Assembly: GCA_963757815.1 (NCBI GenBank)
Contig: CAVWSN010000002.1
Coordinates: 1-39,200, forward strand
Source: an uncultured Thermoleophilaceae bacterium
GTDB lineage: Bacteria > Actinomycetota > Thermoleophilia > Solirubrobacterales > Thermoleophilaceae
Reading direction: 5' to 3'
DNA length: 39,200 bases
This document shows, piece by piece, positions 11,601 through 19,622 of the stretch (position 1 is its first letter; each line of letters begins with the position of its first letter). The position numbers and the translations under genes were made by a program. The notes beneath the pieces were generated by a model. That model saw only the letters and a program-made list of their open reading frames with translations. It did not search any database and was not told where the DNA came from.

Positions 11601-11743
11601 TCCGGGGCGACCAGCTTGAGCGCCACCGGCCGCTCCAGCGACAGGTCCGTCGCGCGGTAGACGACACCCATCCCGCCGCGCCCGACCAGCTCCTCGACGC
11701 GATAGCCGGCAAAGATCATGCCGCGGCTCAAAGCTGCCTTCAT
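8615..11743 (-). pseudogene. Receptor Ser/Thr protein kinase copy B (same architecture as copy A); about 7 frame disruptions
   Basis: N-terminal [29 protein letters not shown]. Full kinase domain in the 346-aa [20 protein letters not shown]. Propeller blades in the 641- and 409-aa ORFs. PBP1 domain in the 232- and 124-aa ORFs, ending ...VMTVPKSLSG*. Example indel: ccgcaacgtg here versus ccgaacgtg in copy A. Confidence 0.7.
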
Positions 11744-11846
11744 GCTGCGCTCCCCAAGGGGGCCGAGTCCATGACCGACCGTACCACGGGAGGGGCGGCG
11801 CCACCGGGCGCCGCCCCTCGTGGGCAGACGGGGTCGCGTGGGTGGC

Positions 11847-12417
11847 TCAGTGAGCCGCCACCCCAGCGCTCCGGCCGCGCCTGCGCCCGGTCAGCATCAG
11901 GGCCGATCCGGCCGCGATGCTCAGCAGCGCCAGCATGCCGGCCGCGCCGATGCCTGCGTCGGCCCAGTCGAAGCCGCCGGACGGCCCGCGGACCTCGACG
12001 ACCGGGGAAGCCGCCGTGATCTCGCCGATGATGCGGTTCACCATCTGCTGCACCTCGGGCGACTCGACAAACCTGCGCTCCGAGTCCGTGTAAATGCCCG
12101 GCGCGCGAATGCGTGACCGGCGGCAGGTCCCGGGCGGCGTCGGCCGCATCGGGCGAGCCGTAGCCCCGGTTCAGCGCATACGGACTCCGGTCGGCCTCGT
12201 GCAGGCCGCGCTGCTCGGCCGCATCGACGGTGTCGGGCGAGCGCAGGTCCTGGTACTCGTCGGCGGCCGAGGCCGCAATCGAGGACGGGGGCGGAGCAAC
12301 GTCGCTGTTGGCGGCGGCCCCACCGGAGCGCAGGTCCTCGTACGGGGCGGCGGACGCCGGCACGGCGCACACAGCCAGGAGGGCCGCGGTGGTGAGGATG
12401 TGGCTACGTCGAAGCAT
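11847..12417 (-). CDS. Secreted repeat-containing hypothetical protein with C-terminal TM anchor (one apparent frameshift near 12130)
   Basis: Signal peptide [25 protein letters not shown]. Acidic repeats YEDLRS../EYQDLRS../..DAADAARDL. The C-terminal part (other frame) ends with hydrophobic helix [18 protein letters not shown] followed by RRRGR. Confidence 0.4.
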
Positions 12418-12529
12418 GTCTCCTCCTTCAGGGCCGGCCGCCCCATGCGACCGGATTCGCGGACCAGCTTCCGCCCGGCCGGTTGCAGCGCGGGTAGGTC
12501 CCGGGTAGACGCCGGTAAACGGCGCGCGG

Positions 12530-14128
12530 CTAGCGCGCGTGTCCGGTCAGCGACCAGCTGAAGGGCGTGCGGGTGTCGGCCGGCGCAAGGCCGTCCGGTC
12601 GCGTCCCACGCCTCACTAATACCGTCGGCGCCGGCGGGGACTTCGCTAGCTCCCCCCGCACCCGGCCGAGCCCCTCCTCGCGCCAGCGCTCCGACAGCCC
12701 CACCACGAGCAGGGCGGCTCCCTCGGCGAGTGCGGCCACGCCCTCCCGGCCCGGGCTCGCGAGCAGCGGCTCGGCGACGATGCCTGCCGTGCGCTGGACG
12801 ATCAGTGAGGCGTCGGCGAGCAGCCGGCTCGCGTCGCGTGCCTCCGCGCCGCGGTCGGCGGCGGAGCCGATGAGCCGCAGCGGGGCGTCCGTGGCGCGGG
12901 CAACCCAAGCGCCGAGCCTGAGCGCCGCCCAGTCGTGCGCCCCTGCGCCGAAGGGCACCACCACAGGCCCCTCACCCAGCGAGCCGCCGGCCTCTGCAAG
13001 CAGGGCCACGTCGCAGGGTGCCTGTTCGAGGACCACGCGCGCGTCGCCGTCCAGCGGCGACGGGCCGGCATCCATGAGGAGCAGATCGACGTTCTCCTGG
13101 CCGGTGAGCCGGACGATGTCCTCGCCGCGCCGAGGCGAGGAGAACGCCGCGGTCCTGGCTACGAGTCCGGCGGCCAGCAACCGGTCGCGGCGTTCGGCAA
13201 GAGCCGCAGTGGCGGCAGCAAGCTCCGCCGGCGGGACGACGCCAGCGACGATCAGCTCGTGGGGGGACTCCGAGGCCGCCAGCGGCTCGGCGAGCCGAAG
13301 GAGCGGGTCGAGCCCGGGCAGCGCCCGCGGCACGATCAAGAGCGCGCGTTCCGCCACCGCTGCCTCGGGCGCCGCCGGCTCCCGCGGCGCGCCGTCCGCA
13401 AGGTCGAGCGTCGGGTCCTGACGCAGGATCGCCTGCTCGAGCCGCTTCAGCTCCTCGCTGGGCTCGAGGCCGAGCTCTTCCGAGAGCTCGCGCCGAGCCA
13501 CCTGGTAGGCGTCGAGGGCCTCGGCCTGGCGAGCCGAGCGGTAGAGCGCGAGCATGAGCTGGAAGCGCAGCCGCTCCCGCAGCGGGTTCCGGACGATCAG
13601 CGCCTCGAGCTCGCCGACCAGCTCGGCGTGGCGCCCGACGGCCAGGTCGGCATCGATCCGCTGCTCGAGCACGGCTATCCTGAGCTCCTCGAGCCTGGCG
13701 ATCTCGGGCTGGGCGAACGGCTCGTACGCCAGGTCCGCGAGCGGCGACCCGCGCCAGAGTGCAAGCGCGTCGCGAAGCTTGCGCGCGGCCCGTTGTGGAT
13801 CGGTCCGCCGCGCCTCGTCCGCCAGCTGCTCGAAGCGGGCCAGGTCGAGCTCGGACGGCTCGACATGGAGCATGTAGCCGGGCGCGTGCGTGGCGAGCCG
13901 GCTGGTGCCGATCTGCTTGCGCAGCCGTGAGACGTAGACCTGAATGCTCTTGGCGCACGTTGCCGGCGGCGTGGCCCCCCACAGCTGGTCGATCAGGCGG
14001 TCGGTCGAGACGAGCTCGTTCGACTGGAGCAGAAGGATCGCCAGGAGCGAACGCTGCTTGACCCCGCCGAGAGCAAGAGGCCGATCACGCTCGACCACCT
14101 CCAGTGGGCCAAGGAGCCGAAAGTCCAT
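12530..14128 (-). CDS. SARP (AfsR/DnrI-type) transcriptional regulator with C-terminal tandem Usp-like domains
   Basis: ATG at 14128. N-terminal OmpR-type winged helix MDFRLLGPLEV..LLAILLL. BTAD (LDLARFEQLADEAR...LMLALYRSARQAEAL). C-terminal half shows two Usp-like alpha/beta units (ALLIVPRALPG...; GPVVVPFGAGAHDWAALRLGAWVARATDAPLRLIG). Confidence 0.75.
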   Translation of the reverse strand: MDFRLLGPLEVVERDRPLALGGVKQRSLLAILLLQSNELVSTDRLIDQLWGATPPATCAKSIQVYVSRLRKQIGTSRLATHAPGYMLHVEPSELDLARFEQLADEARRTDPQRAARKLRDALALWRGSPLADLAYEPFAQPEIARLEELRIAVLEQRIDADLAVGRHAELVGELEALIVRNPLRERLRFQLMLALYRSARQAEALDAYQVARRELSEELGLEPSEELKRLEQAILRQDPTLDLADGAPREPAAPEAAVAERALLIVPRALPGLDPLLRLAEPLAASESPHELIVAGVVPPAELAAATAALAERRDRLLAAGLVARTAAFSSPRRGEDIVRLTGQENVDLLLMDAGPSPLDGDARVVLEQAPCDVALLAEAGGSLGEGPVVVPFGAGAHDWAALRLGAWVARATDAPLRLIGSAADRGAEARDASRLLADASLIVQRTAGIVAEPLLASPGREGVAALAEGAALLVVGLSERWREEGLGRVRGELAKSPPAPTVLVRRGTRPDGLAPADTRTPFSWSLTGHAR

Positions 14129-14230
14129 ACCCGAGTCGTTGCGACCGTAGCACGGGTCCCCGATTAACCCGGCAGCCCCGCTCGGTCCTAAGAGGAGAGC
14201 CCACAAGCCGGCGGAGGAAGAGGAGAAACG

Positions 14231-14614
14231 ATGAGCTTGAGCGGATACGAGGTCAGGACATCGATTGCGGTCTCCGACATCGCCCGGGCGGCCGAGTTCT
14301 ACGAAGGGAAGCTCGGCCTCGCCGCGGCGGAGAGTCAGCCCGACGAGAGCCGGATCTACGCGTGCGGGGGCGACACCTCGCTGCACGTCTACGCCTCTCC
14401 CGCCCACGCCGGGAAGGCGACCGCGACCCTGGCCACCTGGTACGTGGCCGACCTCGAGGAGGTGGTCGACGAGCTCCGCTCGCGCGGCGTGACGTTCGAG
14501 CGCTACGACGACCCCTCGCTGGGGGCCGACGAGAAGGGGATCCACGAGCTCGACAACGGTCGGGTCGCCTGGTTCAAGGATCCCGACGGCAACACCTTCG
14601 CGCTAGAACAGTAG
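14231..14614 (+). CDS. VOC/glyoxalase-bleomycin resistance family protein
   Basis: 127-aa ORF with typical VOC fold sequence (SIAVSDIARAAEFYEGKLG...WFKDPDGNTFAL). Confidence 0.8.
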   Translation: MSLSGYEVRTSIAVSDIARAAEFYEGKLGLAAAESQPDESRIYACGGDTSLHVYASPAHAGKATATLATWYVADLEEVVDELRSRGVTFERYDDPSLGADEKGIHELDNGRVAWFKDPDGNTFALEQ

Positions 14615-14631
14615 GGCCGCCCAAGCGAACC

Positions 14632-15348
14632 ATGCCGAGATCGATCGCGCACCGGGAGGACGAGACGCTCGTCGCGGCGCTCTGCCGCGGCGATGCGGAT
14701 GCTTTCGCGATTCTCGTCGACCGCCACAGCCCCGCGATGATTCGCGTTGCGATGGCCTACGTGCCGACCCGGGCGGCCGCCGAGGAGGCCGTGCAGGAGA
14801 CCTGGATCGGCGTGATGCGCGGGATCGACGGATTCGAGGGCCGCGCCTCGCTCAAGACGTGGATCTTTCGCATCCTCACCAACGTGGCTATGCGAAGCGG
14901 CGCCCGCGAGCGGCGAAGCATGCCCTTCTCGGCGCTGGCCGAAGCGGAGAACACCGGCGAGCCGTCGGTCGACCCCGATCGCTTCCTCCCGGCCGACCAC
15001 GAGCTCTTCCCCGGTCACTGGGCGATCATGCCCGTGCGCTGGCCCACGCCAGAGGAGGGGCTGCTGGCCGGCGAGACGCGCGAGGTGATCACCGCCGCGA
15101 TCGCCGAACTGCCGCCGGCGCAGCGGACCGTGATCGCGCTGCGGGACGTCGAGGGTTGGAGCTCTGAGGAGGTCTGCGAGGCACTCGAGATCTCGGCCGG
15201 GAACCAGCGGATCCTGCTCCACCGCGCGCGCAGCCGGGTCCGGAACGCGATCGAGAGCTACTACGGCGCGGTCGAGGAGATCGACTACGACGCCGTAACG
15301 GCGGAGCTGATGGGCGACACTGCGAAGAAGAGATCGGATTCCGAGTGA
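14632..15348 (+). CDS. ECF-type RNA polymerase sigma-70 family factor
   Basis: Region 2 (FAILVDRHSPAMIRVAMAY..QETWIGVMRGIDGFEG) and region 4 (LPPAQRTVIALRDVEGWSSEEVCEALEIS). Starts 17 nt after the VOC gene. Confidence 0.85.
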   Translation: MPRSIAHREDETLVAALCRGDADAFAILVDRHSPAMIRVAMAYVPTRAAAEEAVQETWIGVMRGIDGFEGRASLKTWIFRILTNVAMRSGARERRSMPFSALAEAENTGEPSVDPDRFLPADHELFPGHWAIMPVRWPTPEEGLLAGETREVITAAIAELPPAQRTVIALRDVEGWSSEEVCEALEISAGNQRILLHRARSRVRNAIESYYGAVEEIDYDAVTAELMGDTAKKRSDSE

Positions 15349-15611
15349 TGGCCGACCACGTCCATAACGAGTCTGAGGAGCTCGCCTGCGTCCACGTAGT
15401 CGAGCTCGTGACCGACTACCTCGAGGGCGCGCTGCCCGAAGCCGACGCGCGGCGACTGGAGCGTCACCTCGGCACGTGCCCGGGCTGCGGCGAATACCTC
15501 GAGCAGCTGCGCGCGGTCTCCGGCTCGCTCAGGGGCCTCACCGAAGAGTCGTTCCCGGCCGAGATCCGCGACGGCCTGATCGCCGACTTCCGCGGCTTCC
15601 GCCACCGCTGA
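15348..15611 (+). CDS. Zinc-binding anti-sigma factor (ZAS family)
   Basis: HxxxCxxC motif (HLGTCPGCGEY) plus upstream Cys. Start ATG overlaps the sigma-factor stop (TGATG). Confidence 0.75.
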   Translation: MADHVHNESEELACVHVVELVTDYLEGALPEADARRLERHLGTCPGCGEYLEQLRAVSGSLRGLTEESFPAEIRDGLIADFRGFRHR

Positions 15612-15654
15612 GCCGCTCCGTAACGCCCGCCGCTCCCGCTGTAACTGAGAGGGC

Positions 15655-17229
15655 ATGACGCGGAGAAACGCTCACGCCACCCGACGGGAATGGATCGGCC
15701 TCGCGGTGATCGCGCTGCCGTGCATGGTCTACGCGATGGACCTCACGGTCCTGACGCTCGCGGTGCCCTCGCTAAGCGCCGACTTGAGCCCGAGCAGCAC
15801 CGAGCTGCTCTGGATCGTCGACATCTACGGCTTCCTCGTCGCCGGCTTCCTGATCACGATGGGCACGCTCGGCGACCGGATCGGCCGCCGCAGGCTCCTC
15901 CTGATCGGCGCCGCCGCGTTTGCCGTCGCCTCGGTGGTCGCGGCGTTCTCGTCGAGCCCCACGATGCTGATCGCCTCGCGCGCGCTGCTCGGAATCGCGG
16001 GGGCGACGGTGGCGCCTTCCACGCTGTCGCTGATCCGCAACATGTTCGAGGACCCGCGCGAGCGCACCACGGCTATCGGGATCTGGATCACCAGCTTCTC
16101 GACCGGCGCGGCAATCGGCCCGCTGGTCGGCGGCGTGCTCCTCGAGAGCTTTCACTGGGGGTCGGTCTTTCTCTTGGCGGTGCCGGTCATGGTGATGCTG
16201 CTGGCGATCGGCCGCAGGTTCCTCCCTGAGTACAAGGACCCGAACCCGGGCCGGCTCGATCTGGTGAGCGCGGCGCTCTCGCTCGTGGCCGTCCTGGCCG
16301 TGATCTATGGCGTCAAGGCCATAGCCAAGGACGGAATAGGACTGGCGAGCGTGGCGCCGGTCCTGGCCGGGCTCGCGGTCGGCTCCGCGTTCGTCGAGCG
16401 CCAGCGCCGGCTGGCCGAGCCGATGATCGACCTGGGGCTGTTCCGCCGGCGGGCCTTCAGCCTGGCGCTGAGCGCCAACACCCTCGGGTTTGCGGTCCTG
16501 TTCGGACTCGAGGTCTTCGTCGCCCAGTACTTCCAGCTCGTGCTCGGCTACTCGCCGCTCGAGGCGGGGCTGTTGAGCCTGCCCGGGGCGGCCGCGTTCG
16601 TGGTCGGCTCGCAGCTCACGCCGCCGCTCGCGGCACGTGCCCGGCCCGCGGTCGTGATGCTCGGCGGGCTCCTCGTCGCAACAGTCGGCGTATCGCTGCT
16701 CACGCAGGTTGGGGTGGCCGATGGCCCGGGTCTCATCGTGGCCGCCGTAGTGATCCTCTCGCTCGGCCTCGCGCCCCTGTTCACGCTGGCCGCCGACATC
16801 GCGGTCGGAAGCGCTCCCCCCGAGCGAGCCGGCGCCGCCTCGGGCATCTCAGAGACGAGCTCCGAGCTGGGCGGCGCGCTCGGGCTTGCGATTCTCGGCA
16901 CGGTCGGCACGGCGGTGTACCGCGGCCACACCGCCGACGCCTTCCCGGCCGCGGTGCCGGCCGACGCGGCATCGACGGCGAGCGACACGCTGGGTGGCGC
17001 GGTCGAGGTCGCCGACCGGCTGCCGCAGCTGCTCGCCGCTGACGTGCTCGAGCCCGCCCGCGACGCGTTCACACAAGGGCTTCAGGTTGCGGCCACCGTG
17101 AGCGGTGTCCTCGTGGTCGCGGCCGCCCTCATGGTCGCGAGGCTCCTGCGGAGCGGCGACAAGCCGCAAGAGTCAGAAGAGCGAGCGGCTCCGTCGGTCG
17201 CGCTCGCGACCTCGCAGCCATGCGCATAG
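15655..17229 (+). CDS. MFS transporter, DHA2 (EmrB/QacA) drug:H+ antiporter family, 14 TMS
   Basis: 524-aa hydrophobic ORF. MFS motif GTLGDRIGRRRLL. About 14 predicted helices. Confidence 0.85.
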   Translation: MTRRNAHATRREWIGLAVIALPCMVYAMDLTVLTLAVPSLSADLSPSSTELLWIVDIYGFLVAGFLITMGTLGDRIGRRRLLLIGAAAFAVASVVAAFSSSPTMLIASRALLGIAGATVAPSTLSLIRNMFEDPRERTTAIGIWITSFSTGAAIGPLVGGVLLESFHWGSVFLLAVPVMVMLLAIGRRFLPEYKDPNPGRLDLVSAALSLVAVLAVIYGVKAIAKDGIGLASVAPVLAGLAVGSAFVERQRRLAEPMIDLGLFRRRAFSLALSANTLGFAVLFGLEVFVAQYFQLVLGYSPLEAGLLSLPGAAAFVVGSQLTPPLAARARPAVVMLGGLLVATVGVSLLTQVGVADGPGLIVAAVVILSLGLAPLFTLAADIAVGSAPPERAGAASGISETSSELGGALGLAILGTVGTAVYRGHTADAFPAAVPADAASTASDTLGGAVEVADRLPQLLAADVLEPARDAFTQGLQVAATVSGVLVVAAALMVARLLRSGDKPQESEERAAPSVALATSQPCA

Positions 17230-17239
17230 AGGCCGCACG

Positions 17240-17638
17240 TCACTCGCGGCGAGCGATCTGCGGGCCCACGCGGACGACTTCGGGGGTCTCCTGCTGAGCC
17301 CAGTCAGGGGGATCGACGCCCTCGCTCTTGGCGGCCATGCGGGCGAAGTAGCGCTCGAAGCCGGCAGGGGTGCACACGATCAGCGCCCGAGCAGGGGCGC
17401 CGCTGTGGTTGGCGTAGGTGTGCGGGACGTCGCGCGGCGCGAAGGCGAGCTCGCCCGCCTTGCGCGTGAACACCTCGTCCCCGAGCTGGAACGTCAGCTC
17501 CCCTTCGATCACGTAGAACGCCTCATCGAAGCCGTGGTGGTGAAGCGGTGGGCCGTCGAACCCCGGGCCCGAGCTGACCTCGATCGCCGAGACCACGGCG
17601 TCGCTCTCCTCGCTACGCAGTAGGACCTTGGGTGGCAT
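17240..17638 (-). CDS. Cupin-domain protein
   Basis: 132 aa. Cupin motifs (PLHHHGFDEAFYVIEGEL...; two-His motif). ATG at 17638. Confidence 0.7.
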   Translation of the reverse strand: MPPKVLLRSEESDAVVSAIEVSSGPGFDGPPLHHHGFDEAFYVIEGELTFQLGDEVFTRKAGELAFAPRDVPHTYANHSGAPARALIVCTPAGFERYFARMAAKSEGVDPPDWAQQETPEVVRVGPQIARRE

Positions 17639-17658
17639 GGAACGTGCTCCTTTCGCGG

Positions 17659-18099
17659 TTAGGCCTGTACGGCTTGGACGACGGCGGCCAGCTGCTCGGT
17701 CAGGACCCGCATGACCTCCTCGCGGGGCAGGCCGCGCTCGCGCATCGCGTCGAGTAGCGACTCGGCGAAGGCCACGTAGGCCTCGAGCGTCGCGCGGGCC
17801 AGCGGCGAGGGGTCGCGCGTGCCCAGGTTGTTCTCGGCCACCATGTCGACCACGAGCCGGGTGTAGCGCTCTGACGTGGCGCGCGCCTTGGCGTCGCCGG
17901 AGCTCGCCGCCGCGCGGCGGGCGGCCCATGCGGCCGTCGGTCGCGCCGCGTGGTCGACGAGCCGCGCGAAGTTCGCCGCCACGCGCTGGTCGAGCGGAAC
18001 GTCCGGGTCGACCGACCAGTCCTCGGTCAGCTCAACAGCTACGCGCAGGCGTCTTCGCCGCTCCCCGGGCTGCGCAGCGCCGACGTGCGCACGCAGCAT
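17659..18099 (-). CDS. Hypothetical protein
   Basis: 146-aa ORF, 21 nt upstream of the cupin gene on the same strand. No confident family. True start uncertain, and it overlaps the alternative extension of the plus-strand 18202 gene. Confidence 0.3.
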   Translation of the reverse strand: MLRAHVGAAQPGERRRRLRVAVELTEDWSVDPDVPLDQRVAANFARLVDHAARPTAAWAARRAAASSGDAKARATSERYTRLVVDMVAENNLGTRDPSPLARATLEAYVAFAESLLDAMRERGLPREEVMRVLTEQLAAVVQAVQA

Positions 18100-18201
18100 C
18101 TCGACCTCCCGGGGACGCCGATCCAGACTCAGTTCTCAAGTCGCTACCGCGACGGTGGCAGGGCGGCCTGGGGCTCGCTGGTCGACTTTCAGGATCGCCA
18201 C

Positions 18202-19551
18202 ATGCTCTTCAAGGCCGACGCAAGCACGGGCAAACTGATCGACCTCTACATCCCGGCCGAGCGCGAGAAGAGCCCGCCGGCGACCGGCGGCGGCGGCATC
18301 AGCGGCGCCTACAACATCCTCGATCGCTCGGGCCACTTCATCGTGCCGCGGCAGCGCAGCATCGAGGTCTTCGGCGACAGCCGCGCGGGTGTGCGCTCGT
18401 CGCGGATCCGGCTGATCAAGCGCTACGAGCTCCCGGCGCGGGCGTTCTGCCGCGACGGCGACCGGATCGCGGGCGCCACGATGACCTTCGACGGGTCGGT
18501 CGCGTTTGCCACCGAGCAGGGCGTCGTCGGAACGCTGCCGCGCCTGCCGCGCCAGATGAGGAACGCCAACCTGCGCGTCCTGAGCGTCAATGGCGCGAAG
18601 TGCGCGGACGCAAGTGTGCCCGAGGATCGGCTCGAGGAGGTCTCGAACTCGATCGCGGCCGACGAGGACGGCGGGATCTACGTCGTCACGTCACAGCGCA
18701 TGCGGCGCATCGACCACGACGCCGCTCGCAACCGGCTGACCTCGGCATGGTCGGCCCCGTACGAGGCCGGTAGCAGCCAGTCCGCGATCCGGCTCGGCGT
18801 CGGCTCCGGCTCGACGCCGACCGTGATGGGCACCGGGCGCCAGGACAAGTTCGTCGCGATCACCGACGGGCGCGACCTGATGCACATGAACCTGTTCTGG
18901 CGCGACCGCGTCCCGGCCGACTGGAAGGGCCTCGGCGGCGGCCGCTCGCGCCGCATGGCGTGCGACTACCCGGTGCGCTTCGGCGACCGCAACGCGACCG
19001 TCTCGCTGTCCGAGCAGTCCATCGCCGTTCGCGGCAACGCGACGTTCCACGTCAACAACCTCCTCGACTACGACTTCAGTGGTATCGCGGAGGGGCCGTT
19101 CCGCAGTGCGCTCGCGGCGCTCCGCGGTGGCGACCCGAAGGCCGCGCCGCACGGCGCGGAGCGGATCGACTGGAACCCGCGCACGCGGAAGTGCCACAGC
19201 GTCTGGGCCAACCGCAAGGTGTCGATCCCGAACGCGATCCCGTCGATGAGCTCCGAAACCGGGCTCGCCTACGGGGCGGGGCAGCGGAACGGCGCCTGGG
19301 GCGTCGAGGCGCTTGACTGGCGGACGGGCCGTTCGCGGTTCTTCGCCCGCGCGCGCCCGCACCGCTGCTCGGACACCGTGATGGGATACCTCGACCAGAG
19401 CGTGCCCCGCTCGGTTTCCGGCCCGCTCCTGGCCGAGCTGCCGAACAGCTGCGAGAACTCGTTCTACGCGGCGACCGAGGTCGGCCCGGGCGGGTCGATC
19501 TGGACCGGCACCTTCAACGGGCTCACGATCTACCGACCAAACCGGGGGTGA
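18202..19551 (+). CDS. Hypothetical protein, about 449 aa, unknown function
   Basis: Long open frame with mixed composition (not Arg-rich junk). Start set at MLFKADAS. The ORF track extends it to 17950, but that part overlaps a minus-strand ORF. Confidence 0.45.
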   Translation: MLFKADASTGKLIDLYIPAEREKSPPATGGGGISGAYNILDRSGHFIVPRQRSIEVFGDSRAGVRSSRIRLIKRYELPARAFCRDGDRIAGATMTFDGSVAFATEQGVVGTLPRLPRQMRNANLRVLSVNGAKCADASVPEDRLEEVSNSIAADEDGGIYVVTSQRMRRIDHDAARNRLTSAWSAPYEAGSSQSAIRLGVGSGSTPTVMGTGRQDKFVAITDGRDLMHMNLFWRDRVPADWKGLGGGRSRRMACDYPVRFGDRNATVSLSEQSIAVRGNATFHVNNLLDYDFSGIAEGPFRSALAALRGGDPKAAPHGAERIDWNPRTRKCHSVWANRKVSIPNAIPSMSSETGLAYGAGQRNGAWGVEALDWRTGRSRFFARARPHRCSDTVMGYLDQSVPRSVSGPLLAELPNSCENSFYAATEVGPGGSIWTGTFNGLTIYRPNRG

Positions 19552-19563
19552 GAGCGCGGAACG

Positions 19564-19605
19564 CCCCGATCACCGCACCGCCCAGGACGTGTGCGGTGGT
19601 CGGGG
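19564..19605. terminator. Imperfect 15-bp stem hairpin between convergent genes
   Basis: ccccgatcaccgcac ... gtgcggtggtcgggg (one mismatch) with 12-nt loop. Lies between the 3' ends of the 18202 gene (+) and RidA (-). Confidence 0.35.
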
Positions 19606-19622
19606 TGGCCGCGATCGCTCAG

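Larger units (their letters stand above)
5513..11743 (-). repeat. Tandem duplication of a ~3.1-kb receptor-kinase unit (offset about 3120 bp)
   Basis: Kinase-domain segments 7.92-8.42 kb and 11.04-11.54 kb are about 98% identical at nucleotide level. Sensor-domain parts are only about 60% identical at protein level. Confidence 0.8.

Noticed and set aside
12935-13982. 331-aa and 336-aa ORFs inside the SARP gene region
   Set aside because: Alternative-frame and antisense ORFs of a gene with a clear wHTH-BTAD signature.
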